From Octopus sinensis (lineage: Eukaryota): a stretch of DNA of 64,000 nucleotides. Every line of letters starts with the position of its first letter. Positions within the stretch are counted from its first letter, which is position 1. The notes beneath the pieces are model-generated. The model was not told the origin of the DNA, did no database searches, and saw only the letters and a list, made by a program, of their open reading frames with translations. The stretch covers positions 1,736,001-1,800,000 of the forward strand of contig NC_043014.1 of assembly GCF_006345805.1 (NCBI RefSeq), in the 5' to 3' direction. Made by a program: the position numbers and the translations under genes. Positions 13,001 to 23,175 of this stretch are shown piece by piece.

Positions 13001-16000
13001 GTATTGCAATAAACTTGGTCACCCTGTTGATGTTGGTGCCACATAGAAAGCACCAATGCTGGTGCCACATCGCACCAATGCTGGTGCCACATCGCACCAA
13101 TGCTGGTGCCACATAGCACCAATGTTGGTGCCACATAGCACCAATCCTGATACCATGTCAAAAGCTCTGGTGCTGATACCACATGAAAGGCACCAGTACT
13201 GGTGCCATGTATAAAGCACCCGGTACACTGTGAAGTGGTTGGCATTAGGAAGGGCATCCAGCCATAGAAATTGTGTCAAAACAATAGCCTGGTATGGCTG
13301 CCGGCTTTACTAGCTCCTGTCAAATTTTCCAATCCATGCCAGCATGGAAAACGGATGTTAAATGATGATGATGATGATGATTGTTTCTTAGTAGATTCTT
13401 CATGACTTTAACCCTTTAGTGTTCGCATTATTCTGCCAAAATTAATCCCTTTTTTATCCACATTGTTTTGAACTAATCATGCATTATCTTGGAGCTATGA
13501 GATTTTGAAGAGGTAGCTGTTAATTTTTAAAACAATATTGTAGGGTTGGTGTGAGAGACCAGATCTGGCCAGTTTGAACATAAAACAGGCAGAATACTTT
13601 TGGCCGGATATGGCCGGTTTAAATGCTAAAGGGTTAAGTTGTAGCAATGTTGCTGAGAAGGGAAGTGACAAGATGGATACATTCACTCCACGATTTAAGG
13701 AAACCTTTTGGTCATCCAACTTATTCTAGTATTTGTTTGGTGTTTGTTGTATTTATAGTGTTATTATTATTTCATCGTTTATTAGGGTCTCAAGCTAGCA
13801 GGGTCGTTAGCAGACCAGAGAAAATGCTTAGCCGTATTTTGTCTGCCTTGAAGTTCTGAGTTCAGATTCCACCAAGGTTGGCTTTGCCTTCCTTCCTTTC
13901 AGTACCAATAGAATATATACCAGTCAAGTACTGGGGCTGATGCAACCGACTAGCGCCCTCTTTCCTTGAAATTTTAGACTTTGTGCCTGTTGTAGAAGAT
14001 TTTCTTTTTTTGTCCCTTATTAGGGATGTGGGATTGGCAAGAAAAGAAATGTGAGAGGAACAAAGTCTGTAAAGTGGGAGTGATCAGATCCCTGAATTAG
14101 GGTTAGCCAAATGAGTAAAGTGATCAGATCTGTGAATTAGGGGTACCCAGATGAGTAAAGTAATCAGATCTGTGAATTAGGGGTAGCCAGGTGAGTAAAG
14201 TGGGAGGAATAGAATCCTGCTTAGTTCTCTCTGTTCTGTGTTCAAATTCTACCGCAATCAATTGTTGTCTTTCACTCTGTCTGAAATTATTAAATTATTA
14301 AATACCAGTGATGGTTCACTTGCGCTAAATGAGGATGCAAAGAGAGAGGTTTGGAGATGCCACTATGAAAGGTTGCTGAATGAAGAAAATGAATGGGATA
14401 AAGAGAGTCTGCCGAATGTTGACCCAACAGAGGGACCAGCTATCCGAGTTGATAGTTCCGTGGTAGCTAAGGCAATTAGAAGCATGAAGACAGGGAAAGC
14501 CCCAGGCCCATCAGGAATCACTGCAGAGATGCTCAAAATGTCTGGTAGTGTCGGCTATAGCCTAGTCACCCGTATAGTTAATCAGGTGATACACAAAGGG
14601 GTCATACCCAATGACTGGTGTAGCAGTATAATAGTCAACTGCTACAAAGGTAAAGGTGATGCCCTAGATACAAATAACTACAGAGGTATCAAGCTGTTGG
14701 ACCAGGTGATGAAGGTTACGGAGAGGGTCATAGCCCAACTAATTAGAGAGAGAGTTAGTTTAGATGAGATGCAGTTTGGGTTTGTGCCAGGGAAAAGTAC
14801 TACTGATGCTATATTCCTGGTAAGGCAGCTGCAGGAGAAATACCTAGCCAAAGATTAGCCCCTGTACCTGGCTTTTGTTGACATGGAGAAAGCCTTCGAC
14901 AGGGTCCCCCGATCCCTTATCTGGTGGGCAATGAGGAAACTAGGGTAGATGAATGGTTAGTGAGAGCTGTGCGGGCCATGTACAGGGACGCCGCTAGTAG
15001 GGTGAGGGTTGGAAATGTGTACAGTGAAGAATTCCGGGTAGAGGTAGGGGTCCACCAAGGCTCAGTACTCAGCTCCCTCCTATTTATCATAGTCCTCCAG
15101 GCAATAACGGAGGAATTCAAGACAGGATGCCCTTGGGAGCTCCTCTATGCTGATGACCTTGCTCTAATTGCTGAGTCGCTATCAGAACTGGAGGAGAAGT
15201 TTCAGGTGTGGAAACAAGGATTAGAATCGAAGGGCCTCAGAGTCAATCTAGCTAAAACCAAAGTCGTAATCAGTAGGAAGGTAGACAAATCACAAACACC
15301 TTCAGGTAGATGGCCCTGCTCGATCTGTAGAAAAGGTGTAGGTAGAAACTCTATAAGATGCACCAAGTGTAAGCTATGGACACATAAGAGATGCAGCAAT
15401 GTCAAAGGAAGGCTAACTAGGAAGATGGTTTTTGTATGTGGCAGATGCTCAGGAACAATAAACACTGAAAATGCTCTGAGACCAACTTCCGTCACTTTCC
15501 AGGGAGAAAAACTAGAAATAGTTGATAGTTTCCGTTACCTAGGTGACCAAGTCAGCAGCGGGGGCGGGTGTGCTGAAAGTGTAACTGCTAGAGTAAGAAT
15601 AGCTTGGGCAAAGTTCAGAGAGCTCTTACCTCTACTGGTGACAAAAGGCCTCTCGCACAGAGTGAAAGGCAGACTGTATGATGCGTGTGTACGAACAGCC
15701 ATGCTACATGGCAGTGAAACATGGGCCGTGACTGCTGAGGATATGCGTAAGCTCGCTAGAAATGAAGCCAGTATGCTCCGATGGATGTGTAATGCCGGTA
15801 CTCACACTCGGCAGAGTGTAAGTACCTTGAGAGAAAAGCTGGACCTAAGAAGCATCAGTTGTGGTGTGCAAGAGAGACGTTTGCGCTGGTATGGTCATGT
15901 GGCGAGAATGGATGAAGATAGTTGTGTGAAAAAGTGCCACACCCTAGCGGTTGAGGGAACCTGTGGAAGAGGCAGACCCAGGAAAACCTGGGACGAGGTG

Positions 16001-16970
16001 GTGAAGCACGACCTTCGAACTTTAGGTCTCACTGAGGAAATGACTAGAGACCGAGACCTCTGGAAGTGTGCTGTGCACGAGAAGACCCGGCAGGACAAGT
16101 GAGTCCATAACCCGTGGCCTTCTACATGGGATGGAGCCAGCCTACGTATGCATACCTTCCCTTCTTGGGACACAAAACTCTACTTGTGAAGACGTGATGA
16201 GGCAAGTGAGGATCAGAATCGAAATCGATCAATGGAAATTGCGGATGTGCTACCAGTGCCGGTGGCATGTCAAAACTCTGCTTGTGAAGACCCGTTGAGG
16301 CAAGTGACGATCAGAATCGAAATCGATCAATGGAAATCGATCAATGGAAATTGCAGATGTGTTACCAGTGCCGGTGGCATGTAAGAGAACTTTCCGTTTC
16401 GCGACCGTTGCCAGCACCGCCCCGTTTCGTATCCGTTGCCAGCCTCGCCTGGCCCTCGTGCCGGTGGCACATAAAAAGCACCATCCGTTCGTGGCCGTTT
16501 GCCAGCTCTGTCTGGCACCAGTGCGGGTGGCACGTAAAAAGCACCCACTACACTCACGGAGTGGTTGGCGTTAGGAAGGGCATCCAGCCGTAGAAACACT
16601 GCCAGATTTGACTGGGCATGATGAAGCCTTCTGGCTTCACAGACCCCAGTAGAACCGTCCAACCCATGCTAGCATGGAAAACGGACGCTAAACGATGATG
16701 ATGATGATGATGATGATGTACTGGGGTAACTATAATCAACTCTGGCCCCACCACCTCCCACCCTTTTATGTAAGATTTTAGAAATGATTGTTTTTATAAT
16801 TTAGTTTCCGTTTCTTTAATTTCAGATCAATTATAACGCAAGTTCTTGGAGAATTACAGTTCAGTTTTTATCATCGCTGGTTCGAATTTATCTTTCTAGT
16901 GAGTGCCCTGTCCAGTATTGGTTTTCTCTACATTGCTCACCAACAGGCACCAGAAAAGAACCTTTTATGA
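810..16970 (+). CDS. GPR89: Golgi pH regulator (GPR89/GPHR), 3' part of a spliced gene; exons 810-890, 1997-2103, 3089-3177, 4523-4615, 5774-5869, 9604-9693, 11668-11733, 12808-12866, 16826-16970
   Basis: Spliced translation (HITDSDIQSIEKRLIQTMDMIVMKKKR...ALEELSRQLFLE...SKTLKGKYFNFLGYFFSIYCVWKIFM...FDRVGKVDPVTRG...VKFWSQQISF...SSKSSNIIV...GMYFVSSVLLMRMNMP...FYHRWF...AHQQAPEKNLL*) matches the known GPR89 C-terminal half. All introns are GT-AG with compatible phases. Confidence 0.97.
1505..1800 (+). mobile_element. Old degraded RTE-like LINE ORF fragment (EN-RT linker)
   Basis: Frames give KKKDQCWFDDN... and QTKLREIGNWCQQK, resembling the RTE WFDEN / KLRE..N.WW linker; broken by stops. Confidence 0.5.
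1997..2103 (+). CDS. GPR89: GPR89 exon (IALAHRDNLRQ...GLFGMFRATTSKATTE)
   Basis: ttag|G acceptor; ends at the U12-type donor GTATCCTTTT; phases fit both neighbours. Confidence 0.9.
2104..3088 (+). other. U12-type (minor spliceosome) GT-AG intron
   Basis: 5' splice site GTATCCTTTT; branch site TCTTTAAC (3071-3078) ending 10 nt before the exon; no polypyrimidine tract. Confidence 0.88.
3089..3177 (+). CDS. GPR89: GPR89 exon (NVSQLKDETYALEELSRQLFLESVDLHNTQ)
   Basis: LEELSRQLFLE motif; CAG|gta donor. Confidence 0.95.
3195..3609. mobile_element. MITE with ~29-bp TIRs and 8-bp TSD (Merlin-like)
   Basis: TIR GGATCT(T/A)TTC(G/A)GTTTGAACGGCAGTTTTT at both ends; CAGTTTCC duplicated at 3187-3194 and 3610-3617. 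Confidence 0.85.
3912..4302 (-). mobile_element. Non-autonomous Helitron-like element, copy 1
   Basis: Reverse complement of 52078-52469; subterminal GC hairpin then CTAG end; no TSD. Confidence 0.7.
4523..4615 (+). CDS. GPR89: GPR89 exon (ERIEESKTLKGKYFNFLGYFFSIYCVWKIFM)
   Basis: Near-identical to the conserved GPR89 segment; ttcag| and |gtaag sites. Confidence 0.97.
5774..5869 (+). CDS. GPR89: GPR89 exon (SAINIIFDRVGKVDPVTRGTEIAVNYLGIQFD)
   Basis: FDRVGKxDPVTRG motif; canonical splice sites. Confidence 0.96.
7366..7740 (+). mobile_element. tRNA-headed SINE family A; other copies ~11813-12220, 17510-17870, 20997-21418, 30583-31283, 32568-32940, 39706-40090, 45126-45275, 50284-50670, 59914-60320 (+) and 24177-24440, 56175-56380 (-)
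   Basis: A box TGGCTGTGTGG, B box GGTTCAGTCCC, central (TA)/(TG) microsatellite and shared 3' end ...ATGACTGAAACAAGTAAAA. Confidence 0.9.
8888..9290 (+). mobile_element. Short RTE 3'-end copy (family C) with an expanded ~60-bp internal tandem array; many more copies, e.g. ~930-1440, 6213-6500, 23370-23622, 23807-24107, 27492-27830, 36950-37530, 39008-39245, 43515-43885, 44356-44708
   Basis: Matches the RTE 3' UTR at 16420-16718 (GGTGGCACGTAAAAGCACC units, GGTTGGCRTTAGGAAGGGCATCCAGC, CCATGCTAGCATGG, (GAT)n). Confidence 0.88.
9604..9693 (+). CDS. GPR89: GPR89 exon (VKFWSQQISFWLIGIIIITSIRGLLITLTR)
   Basis: Conserved TM segment; cag| and |gtaagt sites. Confidence 0.96.
10057..10516. mobile_element. 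Tc1/mariner-type MITE
   Basis: TIR CAGGGTGGCCCAAAAG(TG/CA)GGTTTACAGT at both ends. Confidence 0.8.
10235..10455. mobile_element. piggyBac-type MITE family 1, nested in the mariner MITE
   Basis: TTAA|CCCTTTCATTACT ... AGTAACGAAAGGG|TTAA. Confidence 0.88.
10733..11045 (+). mobile_element. tRNA-headed SINE family D; other copies 19001-19291, 24660-25037, 40563-40862 (all -)
   Basis: GGAGG(T/C)GCAATGGCCCAGTGGTTAGGGCAGCGGACTCG...GTTTCGATTCCC tRNA-like head shared by four copies. Confidence 0.88.
11668..11733 (+). CDS. GPR89: GPR89 exon (FFYAIASSKSSNIIVLCLAQIM)
   Basis: SSKSSN motif; canonical splice sites. Confidence 0.96.
12808..12866 (+). CDS. GPR89: GPR89 exon (GMYFVSSVLLMRMNMPVEYR)
   Basis: GMYFVSSVLL motif; phase-2 donor CG|gtaag. 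Confidence 0.96.
13412..13633. mobile_element. piggyBac-type MITE family 2
   Basis: TTAA|CCCTTTAG ... CTAAAGGG|TTAA; second copy at 47727-47947. Confidence 0.85.
14078..14201. repeat. ~40-bp tandem repeat x3
   Basis: AGTAAAGTGATCAGATCTGTGAATTAGGGGTAGCCA units. Confidence 0.8.
14309..16718 (+). mobile_element. 5'-truncated RTE-clade LINE (RT plus 3' UTR plus (GAT)n tail), inactivated
   Basis: KAPGPSGI, NYRGIKLL, QFGF, D.EKAFDRV, GVHQGS, YADD (15146-15157), YLG and HGSETW motifs. In-frame TAG at 14856-14858 and a 1-nt frameshift near 14943. Ends CCATGCTAGCATGG...AAAC(GAT)n. Lies in the last GPR89 intron. Confidence 0.95.
16826..16970 (+). CDS. GPR89: GPR89 terminal coding exon (SIITQVLGELQFSFYHRWFEFIFLVSALSSIGFLYIAHQQAPEKNLL*)
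   Basis: LGELQFxFYHRWF motif; TGA stop ends at 16970. Confidence 0.96.
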
Positions 16971-17395
16971 TTTTTCCTTCATAAACTATTTAAAAAACAA
17001 CATCTCACCTTTTTTTTTTTTTTAACACAAGAAAGATTCCCATATTTTTCTTCTTTCAGATGCTACAGACATTGAGTTGTTTCCCTTAGCATTTGACAAA
17101 CGTCTAACATCACATGCTCTCTCTCTCCCCAATTTCCTGCGCCCTTTTATCCCTGTTTTGTTATGTAAATATTCAAGGCTGTCTTTCTTTAGAAATTAAA
17201 AGTCTGTTTCCTCCTCTTCTGCTTCTTCCGATGCTGCATCGACCATCACCATTAACGGTGCATGAAATCTCTTGGACCGAACCATGTCCATTCCTTGTTA
17301 AAAGTCATTTGTATAAAAATCTTTTCTCTTCATCTCTGATCGTTGTTACTTGAAACAAGGGACATTTCCTGTTCCGTCTCTTTTGTATTGTCCGT

Positions 17396-17401
17396 AATAA
17401 A
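17396..17401 (+). terminator. Candidate GPR89 polyadenylation signal AATAAA
   Basis: First AATAAA I found ~430 nt after the stop, upstream of the next SINE; no transcript evidence. Confidence 0.4.
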
Positions 17402-20089
17402 CTGCTGACCATCACTGGAAATGCTTGTATCGTTATGTTAGGTGTTGCTGTACAGGATATTAACACTGACCATTATGGTACAGGCTACAGCAGAAACAGT
17501 GTGTCTCCTATGTGGTAAGAAGTTTGCTTCTCAACCATGTGGTTCTGGGTTCAGTCCCACTGTGTGGCACCTTGGGCTAGTGTCTTCTTCTATAGCCTTG
17601 GGCCAACCAAAGCTGTGTGAGTGGGTTTGATAGACGGAAATTGAAAGAAGCCCATCGTACATGTTTCTGAGCGTTTGTTAGTCCTGTACCACTGCTTAAC
17701 AACCAGTGTCAGTGTGTTTACATCCCCATGACTCAGAGGTTCAGCAAAAGAGACCGATAGAATAAGAATCAGGCTTAAAGCAAAGTTAGTACTGGGGTTA
17801 ATTCATTTGACTAAAATTCCTGAAGGAAATGCCCCAGCATGACCAGTCTCATGACTGAAACAAGTAAAACAAAACAAAAGATTCTGACCCCTTCTGTCCA
17901 GTCAACAGTAAACTTGACCTTACTGGAAATGGTATGTCCCAAATTTGTTGGTGTTATGTACAAGTTATTAACACTGACCACCACAATACAGGACATTAAC
18001 CCTATTGGACGGACCACAGTAAAATGTTGACCGTAGCAGAAATGGTGCTTCATGTTAGGTGTTGGTTATGTACTGGTTGTTAACACTGACAGCTACAGGA
18101 CAGTCCACATTGAATTAGCAGGATTTTAGACAATATCTTTCATTGGCATCACATAAAAGGAACCATGTAAAAAGGTGCCACATCATGAGGACCCAGTAGA
18201 CTTGGTTCACTCTGTAAAGTGGTTGGCATTAGGAAGTGCATCCAGCTGTAGAAACCATACTAAAATGGACAACTGGAGCCTGGTGCAGGTCTCTGGTTTG
18301 TCCAACCCATGCCAGCTTGGAAAATGAACTTTAAATGATGATGATTCATTCTACTTCCATTTTTCTTTTTCACTTTTTTTTTTCCATGCTGGCATGAGTT
18401 AGACAAATATATGTTGAGACATTATTGCACAGCTGGATGCTCTTCCAGTCACTAAACCTTAGTTGTATCTCAAGCAAGGGACGGTTTTATGATTCCACTT
18501 GTCTGCCAAAGTGCTGAGCTGCAGGACAATTCATTTGCAAGGAATGTCAAGAAGTTTCTTTTTTTTTGCTCAAGATATTTTTGTGTGAAGTCAGAAAATG
18601 GGAACATTTTCAAAGATACACACACAACACACACACACATATGCACCATGTAAAAAGCACCCAGAAAACTCTGTAAGTGGCTGGCATTAGGAAAGATATC
18701 CAGCTGGAGAAACCATCCCAAAACAGATAATTGGAGCCAGCTGGCCAGCTTCTGTCAAACCGTCCAACCCATGCCAGCATGGAAAACAGACACTAAATGA
18801 TGATGATGATGATAATGGGCTTCTATATAATTTCCAAATACTAATTCTACATACAAGACATTGATGGAACCAAGTTTACGAAAGAAGACATTTGGCCAAA
18901 GTACCATGCAGTGGGATAGATCTCAAAACCATTTCGTAACAAACCAATCTTTGTATCTACACAACCACTTTGTAGTATTTGTACTGACTTTTTGCATTTT
19001 TATTTATGCGCCCTTTTCAAGCCTAGCTAGGCTCATGGGCCTGGTTTCTGTAGCGTATGTGTTCCCCCCAGCTGGACGGGACGCCAGTCCATCGCAGCGA
19101 TACTCAAGAAACAGGAAGAGAAAGTTGTGGCAAAAGAGTACAACAGGGGTCACCACCACCCCCTGCTGGAGCCTTGTGGAGCTTTTAGGTGTTCTCGCTC
19201 AATAAACACTCACAACGCCTGGTCTGGGAATCGAAACCGCAATCCTCCGACCGCAAGTCCATTGCCCTAACCACTGGGCCATTGCGCCTCCACCTTTCTG
19301 CATTCTGGGTTCAAATTCTGCCAAGATCAACATTGTTATTTATTCTATCAGGGGTCGATACGATATAGTAACTAGTCCTGGATAGTGGATTTGTAAAAAT
19401 GGTAGAGCATCGGACTTGATACTTTGTGGTGTCTATTCTAGTTCTGTGTGTTCTAGGTTCGAATTCTGCTTCCTATCACCAGAGAGTCAAGAATAAGGAA
19501 GTGTAACATTTGTGTCAGGATTTGTGACTAACGAAGAGTATCAGGAATGGAAAGATCAGTTGCCATGACTACCTATTTCTTTATTACCCACAAGGGGCTA
19601 AACACAGAGAGAACAAACAAGGACAGACAAACGGATTAAGTTGATTATATCGACCCTAGTGCATAACTGATACTTAATTTATCGACCCCGAAAGGATGAA
19701 AGGCAAAGTCAACCTCGGCGGAATTTGAACTCGCAACGTAACGGCAGACGAAATACGGCTACACATTTCGCCTGGCGTGCTAATGATTCCACCAGCTCGC
19801 CGCCTTATTTGCCATGACTACCATGGAAGAAGCAATCATCACCATCGTCATCATATTGATTTCAAATTTTAGCACAAGGCCAGCATTTGAAGGGAAGGGT
19901 GCCAATTGATGGCATCACTCCCAGTGTTCAACAAGTACTTGGTTTTATTGACCCCAAAAGGATGGAAAGGTAAAGTTGACCTTGGTGGAATTTGAACTTG
20001 GAACATAAAGACTGACAAAATGCTGCTAAGCGTTTTGGCTTGTCTGGCATGCTAATGATTCTGTCAGCTTGCTGCCATCATCATATTAA

Positions 20090-20562
20090 CCCTTTCGTTA
20101 CCAACCCGGCTGAAACCAATTCTGACTCTGAGTACAAATGTCTTGTTTTCATAAGTTTTGAATTAAGATCTTCCACCAAACCTTAGTCACAATTTATGTT
20201 CCTAACACTAGCTTAACGATAACGAAGTTATTTTACTAAATTCTTTGTTATATCTAAAATAATTGAAAGAAACACAGAGCATCTCAACAGAAATATGGTA
20301 ACAAAAGGGTTAAAATATATAATAGAGAAACAATTCTTAATCCTTTTGATACCAACCTGGCTGAAACCACCTCTGGTTCTGTAGTACAAATGTCTTGTTT
20401 TCATAAGTTTTGAATTAAGATCTTCCACCAAACCTTAGTCACAATTTATGTTCCTAACACTAGCTTAACGATAACGAAGTTATTTTACTAAATTCTTTGT
20501 TATATTTAAAATTAATTGAAAGAAACACAGAGCATCTCAAAATAAATACAGTAACGAAAGGG
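20090..20562. mobile_element. Two adjacent piggyBac-type MITEs, family 1 (20090-20309, 20341-20562)
   Basis: Each is TTAA-flanked with CCCTTT/AAAGGG-type ends and the same internal sequence as 10235-10455. Confidence 0.85.
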
Positions 20563-20655
20563 TTAATGTTGAAATTTATTGATGCAGATTTTCTTTGGGC
20601 AGATTCACTTCTTGTTGTTAACCCTCACCTTGTTCCCAGGTAAGATAATTCCCCA

Positions 20656-20689
<34 letters not shown>

Positions 20690-21417
20690 CATTGACCACA
20701 AACCACACAGTGGCTGGACATGTTTTCATGGAACATTGTGAAGTAACAATATCACATGTTTGTTTACAATTAGTGTATGATATCAACACATTCACACATT
20801 CACGCACACACTCATACACACACACACATGCATGCATGAACACTCACTCATGCTCATTTATATGCACATACGCACTCACACACTCGAGTACACATGCTCA
20901 CAAACGCACTCACACATGCATGCACACACACACACGTCATCTCTGTTGCACACTCATACACACACACGTTCACATATATACATGTATGTGTATATAGGCG
21001 TGGCTGCATGGTAAGAAGCTTGCTTCCCAACCATATGGTTTCAGGTTCAGTCCCACTGTGTGGCACCATTAGCAAGTGTCTTCTACTATAACCCTGGGCC
21101 CACCCAAGCCTTGTGAATGGATTTGGTAGACGGAAACTGAAAGAAACCTGTCATATCAATATATATGTTAGGTGAGTCTTGTTACTTGTTTTTTATTTTT
21201 TTTTTGTATCTTTTAACCATGTTTGTGTTCGTGTCCCTCCACCATCGCTTGACAACCGACGTTGGTGTGTTTACATCCCCGTAACTTAGCAGTTCGGCAA
21301 ACGACACCAATGGAATAAGTACTAAGCTTACAAAGAATAAGTTCTGGAGTTGATTTGTTCAACTAAAGGCAGTGCTCCAGCATGGTCGTAGTCAAGTGAC
21401 TGAAACAAGGAAAAGAG

Positions 21418-21532
<115 letters not shown>

Positions 21533-22681
21533 GTGACGGACTTTTCCCAGTCCCCATCTACCAAGGTATTGAACCGAGGATCACATGCTTATGAAGTAAT
21601 CTTCCTAACCACAGAACCACGTCTGTTAGGTGAGTCACATTACTTTTTTTTTTTTTTGCGTCTTTTAACTGAAAGTGAAGGGCAGTGCCCATAAAACTTT
21701 ATAGGGCCCCTGAGGCTGAAGGAAAGGAGTGGAAAAAGTATCCCAATACAGAAAATCCAGTCCAAATGTTTGCAATACAGTGGCCTCCCCCCTCTAAAGG
21801 TGATTAGGTGCCTGGTGGTGATATTAAACTGGGTGAAGGATTAAGTCCATCACCCAAATAGACTATGGCAGGATTTGAACTCAGAATGCACAGTGTCAGA
21901 ATGAATACCACAAGGCATCTGGGCTGATGTTTTACACTATCCTGAAGTGGGATTTTTTCTTTTCGTTTTTGACCCCTGAAAGAATGAAAGGGACAAAGTG
22001 GGCCTTAGCAGGATTTGAACTCATGAGTGGTTGACAGCATCTTTCAAGATATTTATTCAGACTCTGTGCTCTAATAACTCTACCAATTCACAGCCTTAAT
22101 TAATTAATTACTCTCAGTGGTTGGCAAAGTTGTTAGTTAACTAACACAACAAAACCATTCCTAACAGGAACTGGTTGACTCTTAAATTGAGAGAGGGCGG
22201 AGTGTCATAGAACCTACTTTACACACGTTTCCTCCAAAATTCTTTCACATCCAGGAAGTTATACATTTTTGGAATTGTGACGTTAAGTGGTAATACTAGA
22301 CTGAAACAACACTTGGTACCTCACAGGATAGTTTCAAGACAGATGTCACGATATATGACGGAACTAAACAAACTGGGCAAAGAGACTGGTGTACTTTAAA
22401 GCAAACAAAAAAGGTTTTAAAATACCAAACATTTTAGTGATAAAGACTATGGAGACAAAGGACCGATTGAAACTGAATAGATTTAAATTGGTTCCAAATT
22501 TTGGCACAAGGCCAGCAAGAGTTGGTGGTGGAGGGAAGTGTAAGTCCATTACCTGACCCCGTGGGGCTCAGTTGGTACTTATTTTATCAACCCTGAAAGG
22601 ATGAAAGGCAAAATTGAACTGACGAAATGCTGTCAAACATTTCTGCCCAGCGTGCTAACAATTCTGCCAGCTTGCCACCAC

Positions 22682-22723
<42 letters not shown>

Positions 22724-22850
22724 AATGATAATAATAATGATGATAATAATAATGATAATAATAATAATTATAATAATAACAGTAATAATAATAATGATGA
22801 TGATGATGATAATAATAATAACAGTAATAATAATAATAATCATCATCATC
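22682..22850. repeat. (AAT/GAT)n microsatellite
   Basis: Direct; source of the poly-N/I/Y ORFs. Confidence 0.95.
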
Positions 22851-23030
22851 CTCATCCGTTTGTCTGTCCTTGTTTGTCCCCTCTGTGTTTAGCCCCTTGT
22901 GGGTAGTAAAGAAATAGGTATTCATTCATTAGAATATCACACAAAATACCTTGTGGTGTTTCTTCGAACCTCATCAGTGAAACCATTTAAGTTGCTAATT
23001 GTGTCTCTTTAACACAGCTTATAATTTCTA

Positions 23031-23175
23031 GTGGAGGGAATTTGTAGAAGAGGGGGTCCCAGGAAGACATCGGATGAAGTTTTGAAGGCTGGTCTCAAAG
23101 TCTTGGACCTTACGAAGACGAAGACAGCAGACCAAGATATGTGGTGCATTGCTGTACTTGAGAAAACCTGACCAC
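23031..23175 (+). mobile_element. Degenerate RTE ORF C-terminus
   Basis: Diverged copy of 15950-16095 (VEG.C.RG.PRKT.DEV...AV.EKT). Confidence 0.65.

Noticed and set aside
22950-22980. CTGATGA...GAAA on the - strand
   Set aside because: No stem II can form between the core motifs.
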